Shown: positions 15,201-30,500 of the stretch, piece by piece | How the letters are laid out: each line of letters begins with the position of its first letter | Numbering within the stretch: position 1 is the stretch's first letter | From: Phoronis australis | Lineage: Eukaryota > Animalia > Phoronida | Length of the DNA stretch: 64,000 bases | Assembly (NCBI GenBank): GCA_002633005.1 | Contig: NMRA01000527.1 | Span: 124,001-188,000, forward strand | Direction of reading: 5' to 3' | The notes under the pieces: model-generated | The model's database searches: none | The model's input: only the letters and a program-made list of their open reading frames with translations | What the model was told of the DNA's origin: nothing | Position numbers and translations under genes: made by a program

Positions 15201-16121
15201 ATGCGATTTTTACCAAGTAGCCAAATGAAATCTGAGGTCACTGCCATTATCGACTAGCAGGTCGTCAAACTGAGCCTGATCAATTAAAATAAGCATTTGT
15301 CGAACTACACAATTCATTTGGAAGAACAAAATAAGGTAAAATGTGCTGAAAGCGGACATGATTTTCAGCACATTCACTTGTAGAGTGAGGGAGGTTCGAT
15401 TTCCGCTAAAAGTGGAGTAAACGGGTCCCTCTTGAAAATGGCTACCAGGAACCAATTTCACTAATTGCTTATTCAGCGAAAACTGATTCTCGGCAGCCAT
15501 TTTCAAGAGGGGCCGTTTATTCCATTATTACAAGATTTCCTGACCTCACCATCATTCCTAAAATTGGAAAATTGCAAACTCCAGTATCACAAAATACATT
15601 AGGCCTACTCATTAATTCATCATGACATTGTTGTAGTGCTTCCGGTGAATTATATGAGCCTCTGTTAGCTACTCGCTAACGGGCAATTGCCTATTAACTG
15701 AATGGTTTGCACGCTTGCCGGTTTTATGGGGGTCGCGGGTTCGATCCCCGGGTCGGGTAATCTCGGCTGTTACTACAACATCAGAAAGGAGACTCGAGAT
15801 TTTAAATTATTTTAATTAATTCGTTACCTTTTCATATTTTTCTCTTTCAAGTACCCTGTCTGCTTTTGCAGCTTCTAACCTTTCAACTACTAGTTTAAGT
15901 TCAGCGACGTCAGTGTTTTCTTTTTCGTTTCTTGTGGCAAGGAATTCCAAGTGTTCCAAAATCTTGATCACTTTCGGCATCAGTTCCGTGACAGCATCCG
16001 CTCCATAGTTGTCGATCAATACTTCAAAATCTTTCCCGATCACAGCAGCAGCGTCATAAACATCCACTACTGTTAAATTATACGCTTCATCAGCCATTTC
16101 GTCAATATTCTGGTTCACCAT
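3258..16121 (-). CDS. RILPL1: RILP-like protein (RILPL1/RILP family), first two coding exons; the gene continues off the left edge
   Basis: Exon 1 16121-15828 encodes MVNQNIDEMADEAYNLTVVDVYDAAAVIGKDFEVLIDNYGADAVTELMPKVIKILEHLE...EREKYEK (RH1 domain), donor GTAACG. Exon 2 3393-3258 encodes ELEQIEDTWRQEVKELLTVVAKLQEDNRKL..., acceptor CTAG, donor GTAAGT. The phase-0 join is consistent. Confidence 0.9.
4508..4584 (-). mobile_element. tRNA-derived SINE head fragment
   Basis: Minus strand reads GTAGCTCAGT..GTGGTTAGAGC...GAGTTCTAATCC (degenerate A and B boxes). Confidence 0.45.
6267..7590 (-). mobile_element. Second, more decayed Kolobok/THAP-like relic
   Basis: Terminus TTAA|AGGAGAATGCCACCC at 6263-6281. 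Minus-strand GEKKRLKPAG*PSILP (~7020-6975) follows a splice acceptor and resembles the THAP C-terminal RLKxxAVPTIF. Confidence 0.35.
8622..9450 (-). mobile_element. Non-autonomous Kolobok-like DNA transposon relic (THAP fragment on -, KolX-like N-terminus on +)
   Basis: The minus strand ~8915-8770 reads FFRLPQ*PEMLRKWRAVVK...HLCVCGRRF (THAP-like). The plus strand 8622-8715 reads GFTGYQFEPEYTDQEIQERR. A terminus ...CACCCT|TTAA lies at 9450/9451. Confidence 0.55.
8934..9240 (+). mobile_element. Helentron/DINE-1-like (HINE) element 5' part, truncated at the N join
   Basis: Inserted at a T-rich site and carries a (GTCC)n tract. It has GGATTTTCATGAAATTTGG and GTGCCCCCTAGTG motifs that recur in a related decayed copy at ~44790-45230. 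It is absent from the duplicate copy at 9330. Confidence 0.6.
10632..13656. repeat. 1.5-kb near-identical direct duplication split by a single N (probable uncollapsed haplotypes)
   Basis: 10632-12139 matches 12141-13656, with N at 12140 and scattered SNPs and indels. Confidence 0.9.
11335..11412. repeat. Interrupted (CA)n microsatellite, with a second, longer version at ~12844-12934
   Basis: CACACA tracts with CGCA interruptions. Confidence 0.85.
15693..15760 (+). mobile_element. tRNA-derived SINE head fragment
   Basis: A-box-like TAACTGAATGG and B box GGTCGCGGGTTCGATCCCC. There is no intact cloverleaf. Confidence 0.45.
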
Positions 16122-16494
16122 TAAACTACATTTAGATGTTCAGCAGTTTAGCACTTTAGTAGCGGAAACATCCCCAACGCACTTGTCACAAGATTTTTGT
16201 TGATAGCCTGACGTGACGTCAATACCGGTAATTATTTCCTTAAAAAAAACATACAAAATTTTATCATTTATTCATGGGCTTGAAGTTTAAAATTATAAAT
16301 TTTAATTCATTATGAAATATTTTGGTGCACTATTTATCATTATTAAGGCAAGTAAATTATAAACATAACTAGGCATGTTATGCAAATATTTCTGAGCCCG
16401 TAAGCTCGGTGAGAGCGCCCTCTACTTTACGTGGCACGACAACGGAGCGGTGTTGTTGAAAACTTCACCGATTTATGCAGTTTTCTTTGTAAAT
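16122..16494. promoter_or_regulatory. Bidirectional promoter between RILPL1 and TMED2
   Basis: Divergent ATGs separated by 373 bp. Contains CRE TGACGTCA (16214-16221), GCGCCCTCTA (16415-16424) and TTACGTGGCA (16427-16436). Confidence 0.75.
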
Positions 16495-20654
<4,160 letters not shown>

Positions 20655-21476
20655 TCTAGGGACTTGTGGGAAAGGAGGCACTGTGCATTCAGCAGTTGAT
20701 GAGAAAGCAGAAAAGCTTGTCAAGGAAAGTTTAGTCATGTGTGATGTTTGTTAGGCCCTAAATTTTTTAATGACTTTGTAAAAGCATGTTCTAATGTTTC
20801 GTATTGTTCCAGCCTTAATGAAATAATTGGTTAGGATTAGGACTTGCAGTCTTGCTTAAAGTGCTGTTTGTTAATGATTTCTTTCCGAATTACTCCGGCT
20901 AAGTCCTTGCCCGTCTAATTGGTTATCTTTTACTTTAAATTTGGCAAGAGACTGCGATGGCGGTGTAATTTTCCTGTTATGTCTGCTGCTAGCTAGTTAT
21001 CATTTTGTTGTTATTCATAGATAATTCTTCAGTTGGTGTTGTCGACCTCTAGATTAGGCTCACTAAACCTCTGCTGTAGGTGAGAGAACGATGCTGTACA
21101 CATTGGCAACTTATTCAAATGTCCTAGGTGGCGTTAATATGTTGTACGCTGCTACATTTTCTACCCATCGACGCAGTTTGTAAATCTCTTTTGTAAACTT
21201 TCATTAAGTAATATTGTGTCATGTTGCATTTCATGAGGTTTGTTAGCTACTATTGTGCACCTGTCAAATACCTTTATAAGCAGGTATCTTGCATACCAAC
21301 ATGGAGTGTCCATTTCAATTTCAGTTTTGCATAAGCAAGAATGTTACTTGATGCATTCTTGACCGTTTGCTGGTACTTAATTTCAAGGGTCTGTTTTGTT
21401 TGAAAACCGAGCTTTTGTCATCTTGTCTGAAGATCTTCACAGTTAACGGTCTGTATATATTGAAGTTTGGTTGAGG

Positions 21477-21482
21477 AATAAA
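21477..21482 (+). terminator. Probable TMED2 polyadenylation signal
   Basis: AATAAA ~820 nt after the stop codon, followed by a GT/T-rich tract. Confidence 0.55.
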
Positions 21483-24400
21483 TGATTGTAGTTTACATTT
21501 CTGACTTTGTTTTTGTGTTGCACATGCTGTTTCTGGTGAGAATCATTTTTCCATTTTGAGAAACAAAAAATTAGATGCCGTGAGAAAGGGATGGTCGCAA
21601 CTTCATGTTCCGTATAATTCCAACAAATTGCCCTTGAGCTATTGATGAGACTACATAAATTTCACACCAATTGGACGTGAAATGTAGTGGGAGAGGGCTG
21701 TCCTAAGCATTAAGACATTTGACAACATCAAAAATGCATGAAAACAACAAGCACTGATTTATGATTACAACCTAACTAAAAAAACAGCAAATGCTGACAA
21801 TGCAGCCAAGAATTGATCAAAAAGGTAGTCGCCAGAAAATCTTGAAAAACTACAATGGTATGTAGTAACAAAAAAACGATAGCATCAATCTGTAGCATTT
21901 GATCAATCTACAATCCAAATTCCAAAAAAATGTGAAGGGTAACAGACTGTCTGCCAAGCAAAAATTCGAAAAATGGATGACTTGCGGTATCCCGTATCCA
22001 ATTTTGATCAAAAAAAACAATTAGTTTGAGATCTTTATGAATTGCATGTGTACATTATGCTGATCGGACATGAAATGAAACAAACAAGCAAGACAACTTC
22101 ATAACGGAGAAACATACTTTGTGAAATCTTATTTTGCCGAATAAAAAAGCAATACAGAGTAAAATGAATTTCAAAATTGCTATCTTTTCATGCTTTGTGT
22201 GTGATACATGTGCCAGTTTTCATAATTTATTATTTTTGTACAATGTAAATTCTTATGGCCAGCTTAAATGAACATTTTCAGGAACCATCATTCACAAAAT
22301 TAGAGGAAATCAGCAACTACTACGCAACTGTAGACACAGAACTATTTTTGGAAGTTAAAATTCCAGTCAGAAAGTGGTCAAAGCTACATTTTCCTTGTTT
22401 AGTAGTCAATATTGAATTCTCAACTGAAGTGATTTGGGTTTTAAAAATGTTACCAAGCTTATCCGATATTAAATTATTGTTGAACAAGCCCTAACTCGAG
22501 TCGCAATACATGCGCCATTTTTGAATCTGTAATTTTAGGGTTGGCCTACCCAAACTCTGAAGTGTTTTCTTGAGCCTTAATGGTTTTGATATTCTTGTTG
22601 GTAAGAGAAATAGAATCTCCTCATGGTAAGGAATACTGCGAGACAGTTTTTACGAGTAAAAGGCCCAATTCTAATTTAATTTCTTGCAGACCAGCAAAAC
22701 GCAATTTCCAACTAATTCTTTTGCCCTAGTTACACTTTGCAGCTTAAAAAAGATTACTATGTGTCTGCCTTTTATTCTGAACATATTGAAGATCAAATAG
22801 ATGCCTGTAGGTGTTCTAATTCTGCATTAAACAATGTGTCAAAAATCGGGGTATTTTTTATTTAGATTTTTTATTAGATTTTATAAGTGTCTGTTGAAAC
22901 TGCTTTGTGAACTAAACACACTGCACTTAACGACATTTATTGATATGGTAAATGAGCATTTGAAAATGTAATACATCAAATAACTTCTCAAATTGGGGGA
23001 TTTGTCGCAAAAAACAACTGATAAAGTTCCCCAAGACCAACTGTAATAAGATAACAAATAAGCTATTTAAATAACACGACCACAAATACACACACATGAG
23101 CACATAAAAGGTATGAATTTCTTTCTGGAAGCAAGTGACAGAACACCGATCTAAGACAACTCGCATAAATTTAAAGAAAATGAATTGATCAAAAGTGAAA
23201 CTAGTGCACTGTCTGGACATGGCGCAGGCCAGGGAAAAAATCTCCAACAAACTGTCCTTCACCTCAGATTTTTTGCTTTCAAATCACAATCAAACCATCG
23301 TGAGGGTAAAAAAAATCCCAAACAAATTCTCCTCAGATTCACCACAGATTTTTATTTTGCTTTCAAATCACAATTCAATCATACCACAAGTTTCGCCTGT
23401 GTAAAAGTGAATTTTGAGAAGGTTTAGGTAATTGTTGCCGATTACTTTTAACTGTATTCGAATACTTGGCTGGTCCAGGTACAACTCCCAGTACAGGAAC
23501 TGGGACAATGATATTCATAAAAATTTGAAAGTAAACAACAGAACCATAACTAAATTTCCTCACTGATATTAACGAATCATGGAACAGTGATTGCTTTATA
23601 TGAAGTTCATTCTGTATCACAGTTCTATCTGACAAATATTAACAACAACTATTTCAGAAATAAATCACAAATCAATAGTTACAGCTAAACAAATTTAAGT
23701 GACCGAGTATGAAAAATATAACACAATGACTAAGTAGAACGGTGAAATTTATGAGCCTACATTTCAGGTAACTTCCCAATGAACAAGAATCAAAACTTCC
23801 TTTTGACTTCCCTCACAATATTCCCTATTACTACATAAATATATAAATCTTCAACCGGTGAGGAAATGTATATTGCAAATAGTCTGGTCAGCACGCCAAC
23901 TGTGGCCACATCACGTGACCTAATGAATATAAGTCTGAAAAGATTTCTGCCCTGGACTTGAGCTCTGGACCTTTTGTGGTATCGCCAGAGGTGGTGTGCC
24001 GACCCGACTTAGAAATCTTTGCCATATATATTCTCTATTATTCAATTTCAATGAAACTAGATGGCTTTGACAGTTACGTCATTTTAAAAGAGACTACTGG
24101 CACAAATTGTGAAAACAGTGTTAAACAATTACAATATTCCACAAAACAATGCTTATTTGAAGCACAAGAGAAGTTAACACTATATTGCACTAAGAAACAT
24201 TCTACTGTACACAGCCAGACATCAAAAACAAAAAACAAGAAATGTAACCTATGAAGAGAAAGTGGCAGAAAAAAATCAATTTGGATTCATCATAAAATTG
24301 TTTCCGTCATTGTTCAAGACAGATAAGCGCAATTTTTACCCAATCAACAAATTAAGTTGCAGTCAAGATAGATTCATAACATAACATCGTTCAAAAATGA

Positions 24401-24515
24401 TCCTGCATGAGGTCAAAGAAATGTTAAATAAATAAAATGATGGCCAGTCAGAGAAGATATTCCCTGAACAAATTGTAATGCTAACACTTATGCAAAGTCT
24501 GCTGATGCTGGGTGA

Positions 24516-27500
24516 TCACGTCTGCTTGCCGTATGTGCTCGGAAGAATGTCATTTTGAAGAGAACCTAGGAAATCTCTAGAAAAAAGAAACCACATTCAT
24601 AAATGTCTGTCAGGGCATCACACTATAAAACAAGAAAACAGTTGTCTTATTAAACAGTGCAACCAAATCAGTGAATGTTAATGTTTCGTGACTAATACAA
24701 CCCGCAGATCAAGGCCCTAGATCTAATCTCCAAGCTAAAACTCAACTTAGACGCAAGACGAGAAACCTAATCAATCATGCCGCCTGATTCTAGTACAAAA
24801 TTTGCAAGCGTTACTAGAAGCATGCCATGCAATTGGTTTCGAGTACAGAGATTAGACCCCATGTCCGGGACCCTGCGAGAAATTTGGATTTTTTTCAAAT
24901 CCAGCAAAACATACACATTGCCTTGAATTTCTTTATGTATTAATTACAAGCAGGCGTCCTAGTACACAACAAAGAAAATTGACTTATTTGTAACAGTTTC
25001 AATATGCTAATGGTTACCATTCTCAAACAAACTCATGCTTGGTAGTTGTGGTCAGCCTGCTCAATACTCTGGATAACTGGAAACCCACTTCGTGTCTATT
25101 CATGAACTCCCTCTATTTCTAAATCCCCAAAGCTTCCTCAATTCATTGGCAGGTTTGATGGGTACTGTTGATAGCAAACATGCTAATAAAAAGGCAAATC
25201 AAGGACATTAGAAGAAACCATGAGAAGTCACGAATAGACAAGAGGGGGGAGGGTTTAGCTGTCCAGAGTATGGAACAGCCTGACCATGTCACTTTGGGTA
25301 AGTTTATTTGAGAATGATAGCTGCTAGCTCACTGAGCAATTTGCTCTTCTGTGTACGAAGAAACCCACTAGTTATTCATGGATCTAACACAATCAAGTTT
25401 TTAGCATTTTATGCATTGATGAACTCATCAAGGCTCCTCTGAACAACTTCTAGCATGTTTCCAAAAGCCTTACCCCAAAGCACTAGTCTTGGTCTGTGTC
25501 TTGCCAGGTGGCGCTGAGGTAGTTGGGAACACTGAAATATGAATGAAAGAGAAACCTGAGTAGTCTATCATTGACCATTTTACACATAGCACACATGTGT
25601 AAATTTGCTCGATGCGAGTCATCCTGTCCAATATCCCGAAAGTGTCTCACAGGTGGTCGTTTGCTTGCTAAGCTGTCAGTTGATTTTGAATAGATGCTAC
25701 CCACATCTACGATGAACTGAACTTCTGACGGCTTGAAATACAACTAAAATGAAGTGATTCCTACAGATCATTCATCTAAGTTTACTAGCAGTGCTGTTTT
25801 GAATTACTGGTATACCACAATCCTTTTGTGTATATGATGTCTTACACTATTTGTAAATAGGTCATTGAAAAGCCAGAGTGCTGAACCACTGACAATCCTT
25901 AGTGGCATTTTACTAAAAAAACAGTGTGGGTTCAATAATGCTGGTCTCTCGCAAGACACTCACACCAAAAAATCTTGGCTAGAATGGAAACTGGTTACAA
26001 ACTGTTTTCTCTCATAATTTAATATTTTGGCATAGGAGTCCAATCACTTTTAGACATGTCCACTGTGACAGTGTGCACCAGTAATGTCGAGAACATAGAG
26101 ACATGAAACACAAGGCAGATCAGGCCAATCACTGTCACCTTGTGCAACCACATTACAAAGCTTGCTAAACACGTTCCCAAATAAAAGACTACTAACCCAT
26201 TCTTACAGGACCAACTAACTGCCAGTCATAGATTTCACCAATGCCTACCTGTTGGTGAGTTTTTGCTGACATTAGCAAATTCTTGAGTAGACACTGCTAA
26301 CATCCTAGTGATTCTGTCCAGTTGTCGATCAACCCGTGTGGCTCTTGTCTCGTTCAAATTTGTCAACGTATCCAAAACGGGGAGATCAGGTACTGTTTTG
26401 TCTAAATTACTTGTGCTTGCCTGCAAAGAGTACGGAACTGTTCATTAGACAATGTTTAATTCTTAACATTACTAGAGCCAAAGATTGGTCTCACTTTACT
26501 TACAAATTGTACAGAGCCATAATATTGGAGCAAAGTATATAGTTGCACTACGAGTCTTTTTTGCCCATGGTCTCATTGAACTAAACGCAGTAAATTCCCA
26601 ACAGACAACGCATTTTATGTACTACAAATTTTGCTATCGTTCAGCCATCACTATGAAAAGTTATTGATTTAAGTATGCGAAAGGAAATTTCAATGGATTT
26701 AAAACACACCTTCTTAGAATTGTCCTCTCTGTTTGCTAAGAGTTTCATAAAACTGGTGTTCTTCAGGTATTCCACAGCTGCTTCCAATGTCACAAAACTG
26801 TAACTGTAATAAATGAAATGAAAAAGTCCATTAAAGTCATGCAGGACCTAGACGAGTGGCCAAATTTGGCTAACTTGGGAACTACATACCTCAAAAATGA
26901 CCAGGTTCATATGACACCTTGAGATGATATGCTTCTTGCACTTGGACTATAGCCTATCATGCACTATTTGTTTACAATAGAATTGTTAGAAATTGTTTTT
27001 TAAGAAAATTCAACTTTTGCTGTCAAATGATAGCACTTTTATAATTTTCAAGAAAAAATGCATAAAATTGAAATAAAATGATATTTTAGAAAACTGTAAC
27101 AGTGTTTTTGAGATCTCATTTTGAACATTTACATCAAATAAAATTTGATCATGCCATTGATACCGTTGTTTTGCTAACAACGTACCCTGATTCTTTCTTG
27201 CGAAACTTTACTAAAACGATCTAGTCACGTGACCCAACGTGACCCAATTAATAAAAGAATGGTAAAAAGGCAAAAATACATTCCACAGGCTTTCTACTGT
27301 TACTGAGGTAAAATATAAAGTTTTCTAAATATATTGCTAAATGTACAGGCTTGTTGATAAGGTCCTACATAACCTGAACAAACTGACGGTCCATATCTGA
27401 ACAAACTGACAGTCCATATCTGAACAAACTGACAGTCCATACCTGAACAAACTGACAGTCCATATCTGAACAAACTGACAGTCCATATCTGAACAAACTG

Positions 27501-30500
27501 ACAGTCCATATCTGAACAAACTGACAGTCCATATCTGAACAACAGGGCTGGCTTGCTTGGCTTTATTAGTTCTAGGAAAGCAGCGAAAATGTGACGTGCT
27601 AAAACAGCTATCAAAGTAAAGTACAACCCTTCATAATGATACACAAAAACCAATGGGAGACTTTCAAATTGCAACTTGGCGACTGGTCACGTGGGACCGA
27701 ATACCACTGGCCTCTGGAGGACCAGGACGAGGAGGCATTTTATAACTTTTGTTTAAAACATATTCAGTGTAATTACATACAAAGTAAAAGGGTCTTTTCA
27801 TGAAGTCAAACTGTTCCCCTATTCCACCTGCTGCAAAGATAAAGTAACTGGTTCAGCTGGGTGGGGATATGAGTCACCGGTCCCACGTGATCAACTACCT
27901 GATTGCTTCCTAAAAGTCTCCCATTTATCGACGAGTCAATAAAGAATTCGTTGAAATTTTCTAAAAACAGATATTAACTGAATAAAGAATAGCTGCGTCA
28001 AACATTTGAAGAAAATCCTTTCGGAGCCACCTCACAGTGGCCTAGCTTTGAATGATGTCACGAAATTTTATGCAAATCTACTACTAATGAAGCAATCCAA
28101 CAATCTGACTTACCTGAAATCACCCGGTTGTACCATAGCCCACTGGAAATGTTTAATATAAAACAGCGAGCTGCACAAGCACTTGCATTGAGCATGAATT
28201 GCAACATAAACCTATAATGAAATTTACAAAAAATCAAATGTAGACACCATAAACCTGTTAAACACCCACGTTAACACAAAAATGAGTGCTAGTTATGTAG
28301 TCACTGGGCCGTTACCAAGCAAATATAGATAAAATAATAAAAAACATACACAGAAAGATAAACCAGGTATAGTGGTATAAAAACAGAAAAATGGAGGTTA
28401 TTGCTGATTGTGTTTGGTTTTAATAGTGCAGTGTTTTGCATGTCATCCAAATAAAAGTGGATGATAGGGACACTTTCTCGTGACCAAAGGAAGATAATTG
28501 AGGGTTTCTTCAAAGAATACAACTGCAGCCACAGTTTATATTTTTTACATTTTATTTCATTAGTAAAGATAAATAAAAATATGCCATTAGTGCCCAGAAA
28601 TCGGTAAGAAACAGTGATGAATTTTATTTTATATCAAGCTATTCCTGCATTTCTTAACACAAGAGCATACTTAAGTGTCAATGTTAAGATAATTGTTAAC
28701 CTTCATGGATTTTTTTTGAAAAATTCAATATTCAAAACATTATATAAAGAAATATCTAGATTTTGCATTGCCACTCATACTATTATTTTAAACACGATAT
28801 TTATACATAAAATATGCAAGTTGTCAGGGATGACTTAAATTGATTTCACTCACATGACAAATCTTTATCAACAGTTTAGACTTTCTAGAAATTCGTGTTC
28901 AAAGCAGCAAATGACTACATCACATGGTTATAAACCATTGTACAATGTTTTAACTCATAAATTAGGAGCTTTCAATTATCAAGGATTCACAATATATATA
29001 CATACTTTTATGGGTTTTTTTTTTAATGTTTGTTACAAAATCTTCAATACAATGAATACACATTCCCCACAAAGTGCCAAGAGGCGTTATGATTGGGTTA
29101 AATAAATTTAAAGAAATTTATATACACAAACACATAAATTAAAAAACTGATGTTAAGATTACAATGACATATGATTTCGAAAGTAAATAAATCATTTTCA
29201 TACACAATAAGTTATTTTACATGTATACAACTCTATCCACTCACACTAAAAGATTTAATATTATAAAGAACATTTTGATACTATTTCGAATAAAACCTTA
29301 TTTTCATTTGGGTTGAGTTCTTGACATCCATATAGAAAAAAATTAATTTTGTGGTACATTTCAGGAATATCAGAATATACTGTTATGGGTTGAAACTGGA
29401 CACTTAAAAAAAGTCATTCCACAAACTGCTAAATGTTTTCACAAAGGTTGAGAATTACATTAAAAACATTTCGTATCAAAACGGACCTTTTTGGATTCAC
29501 TTATATTCCATATTAAGGAATCCTGCCGAGTCTAATTCCAACTTATTCTAAGCTTACCATTAATGGAATAAGATCATCTGAAGTCAAGTGAGTTAAGACT
29601 CTACACATAGATGTGCTCTCAACATGTGACTTCACTTCACTGGTAATCAGGTCCTACAAAAGCAAAACATTTTCAAGTGAAAGCCGGGATGAAACATGCT
29701 GTGTTCTTAAAATTGTTAAGCAATCATATATTTTTTCTTATTGTTCTTGCCAGTGCGGTGGTAAAAAAATCAAATATGCTTGAAACATAACTCTTCTAAA
29801 CTTTTAGACACAGAAACATAAGAAGCTTAAGAACAGTACCACTGTCTGCGTCAAGAATATTTTGAATCTAGGAAGCTAAGGGCAGGTCATGAGTATTTGA
29901 TTAGGCTCTTAACATCTTGTGTCCTGTGTTAAGACTCCATACACAACAGAACAAATACACTGACTTTGAAATGACAACTATTAGTTTTAATGGATAATCA
30001 CGGGAATGAGACAGAAAAATGAGGGACATAAACCCAATATTATGGGCAAATAGCGCATTTTTTCTAACAATGCCTCTTAATTTAGTGAAGAGGCTGTGAC
30101 TATCAGCAGCACTCATTTTTTAAGTTTTCTGCAGTCAAAACTTACCAATGTGTTTTTAATGCAATTAAGCATTTCAAGAGGAGTTGTCAAATTATCTAGA
30201 CATTTTAGTTCCGCAATCTGAAACAAAAATCATTGAAACACTCAAAACACAAAATCATGTTGAGATGAAGCAAATCCAAGTGTCTGTCAAAAAGTGAAAA
30301 GCATACAGAATGGCAACTCAGTAATAGTCACTTACAAGGTCCCGCATTTTGAGAACCAGTTTCATCCACTGAATAACAGGCATCAAACTGGTACTCAAAA
30401 CTCGGGGGCCCCCTCTCACTAATGCCGTAACCACAGTATCTAGTAGAAATTTAACACATTAAAGTGTCACCTGATATTTTTAATTAAACAAGATATAGTT

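Noticed and set aside
25483-25743. 86-aa ORF from the track as a VPS9-gene exon
   Set aside because: The better-supported exon is 25531-25474 in a different frame, with a strong acceptor and donor.
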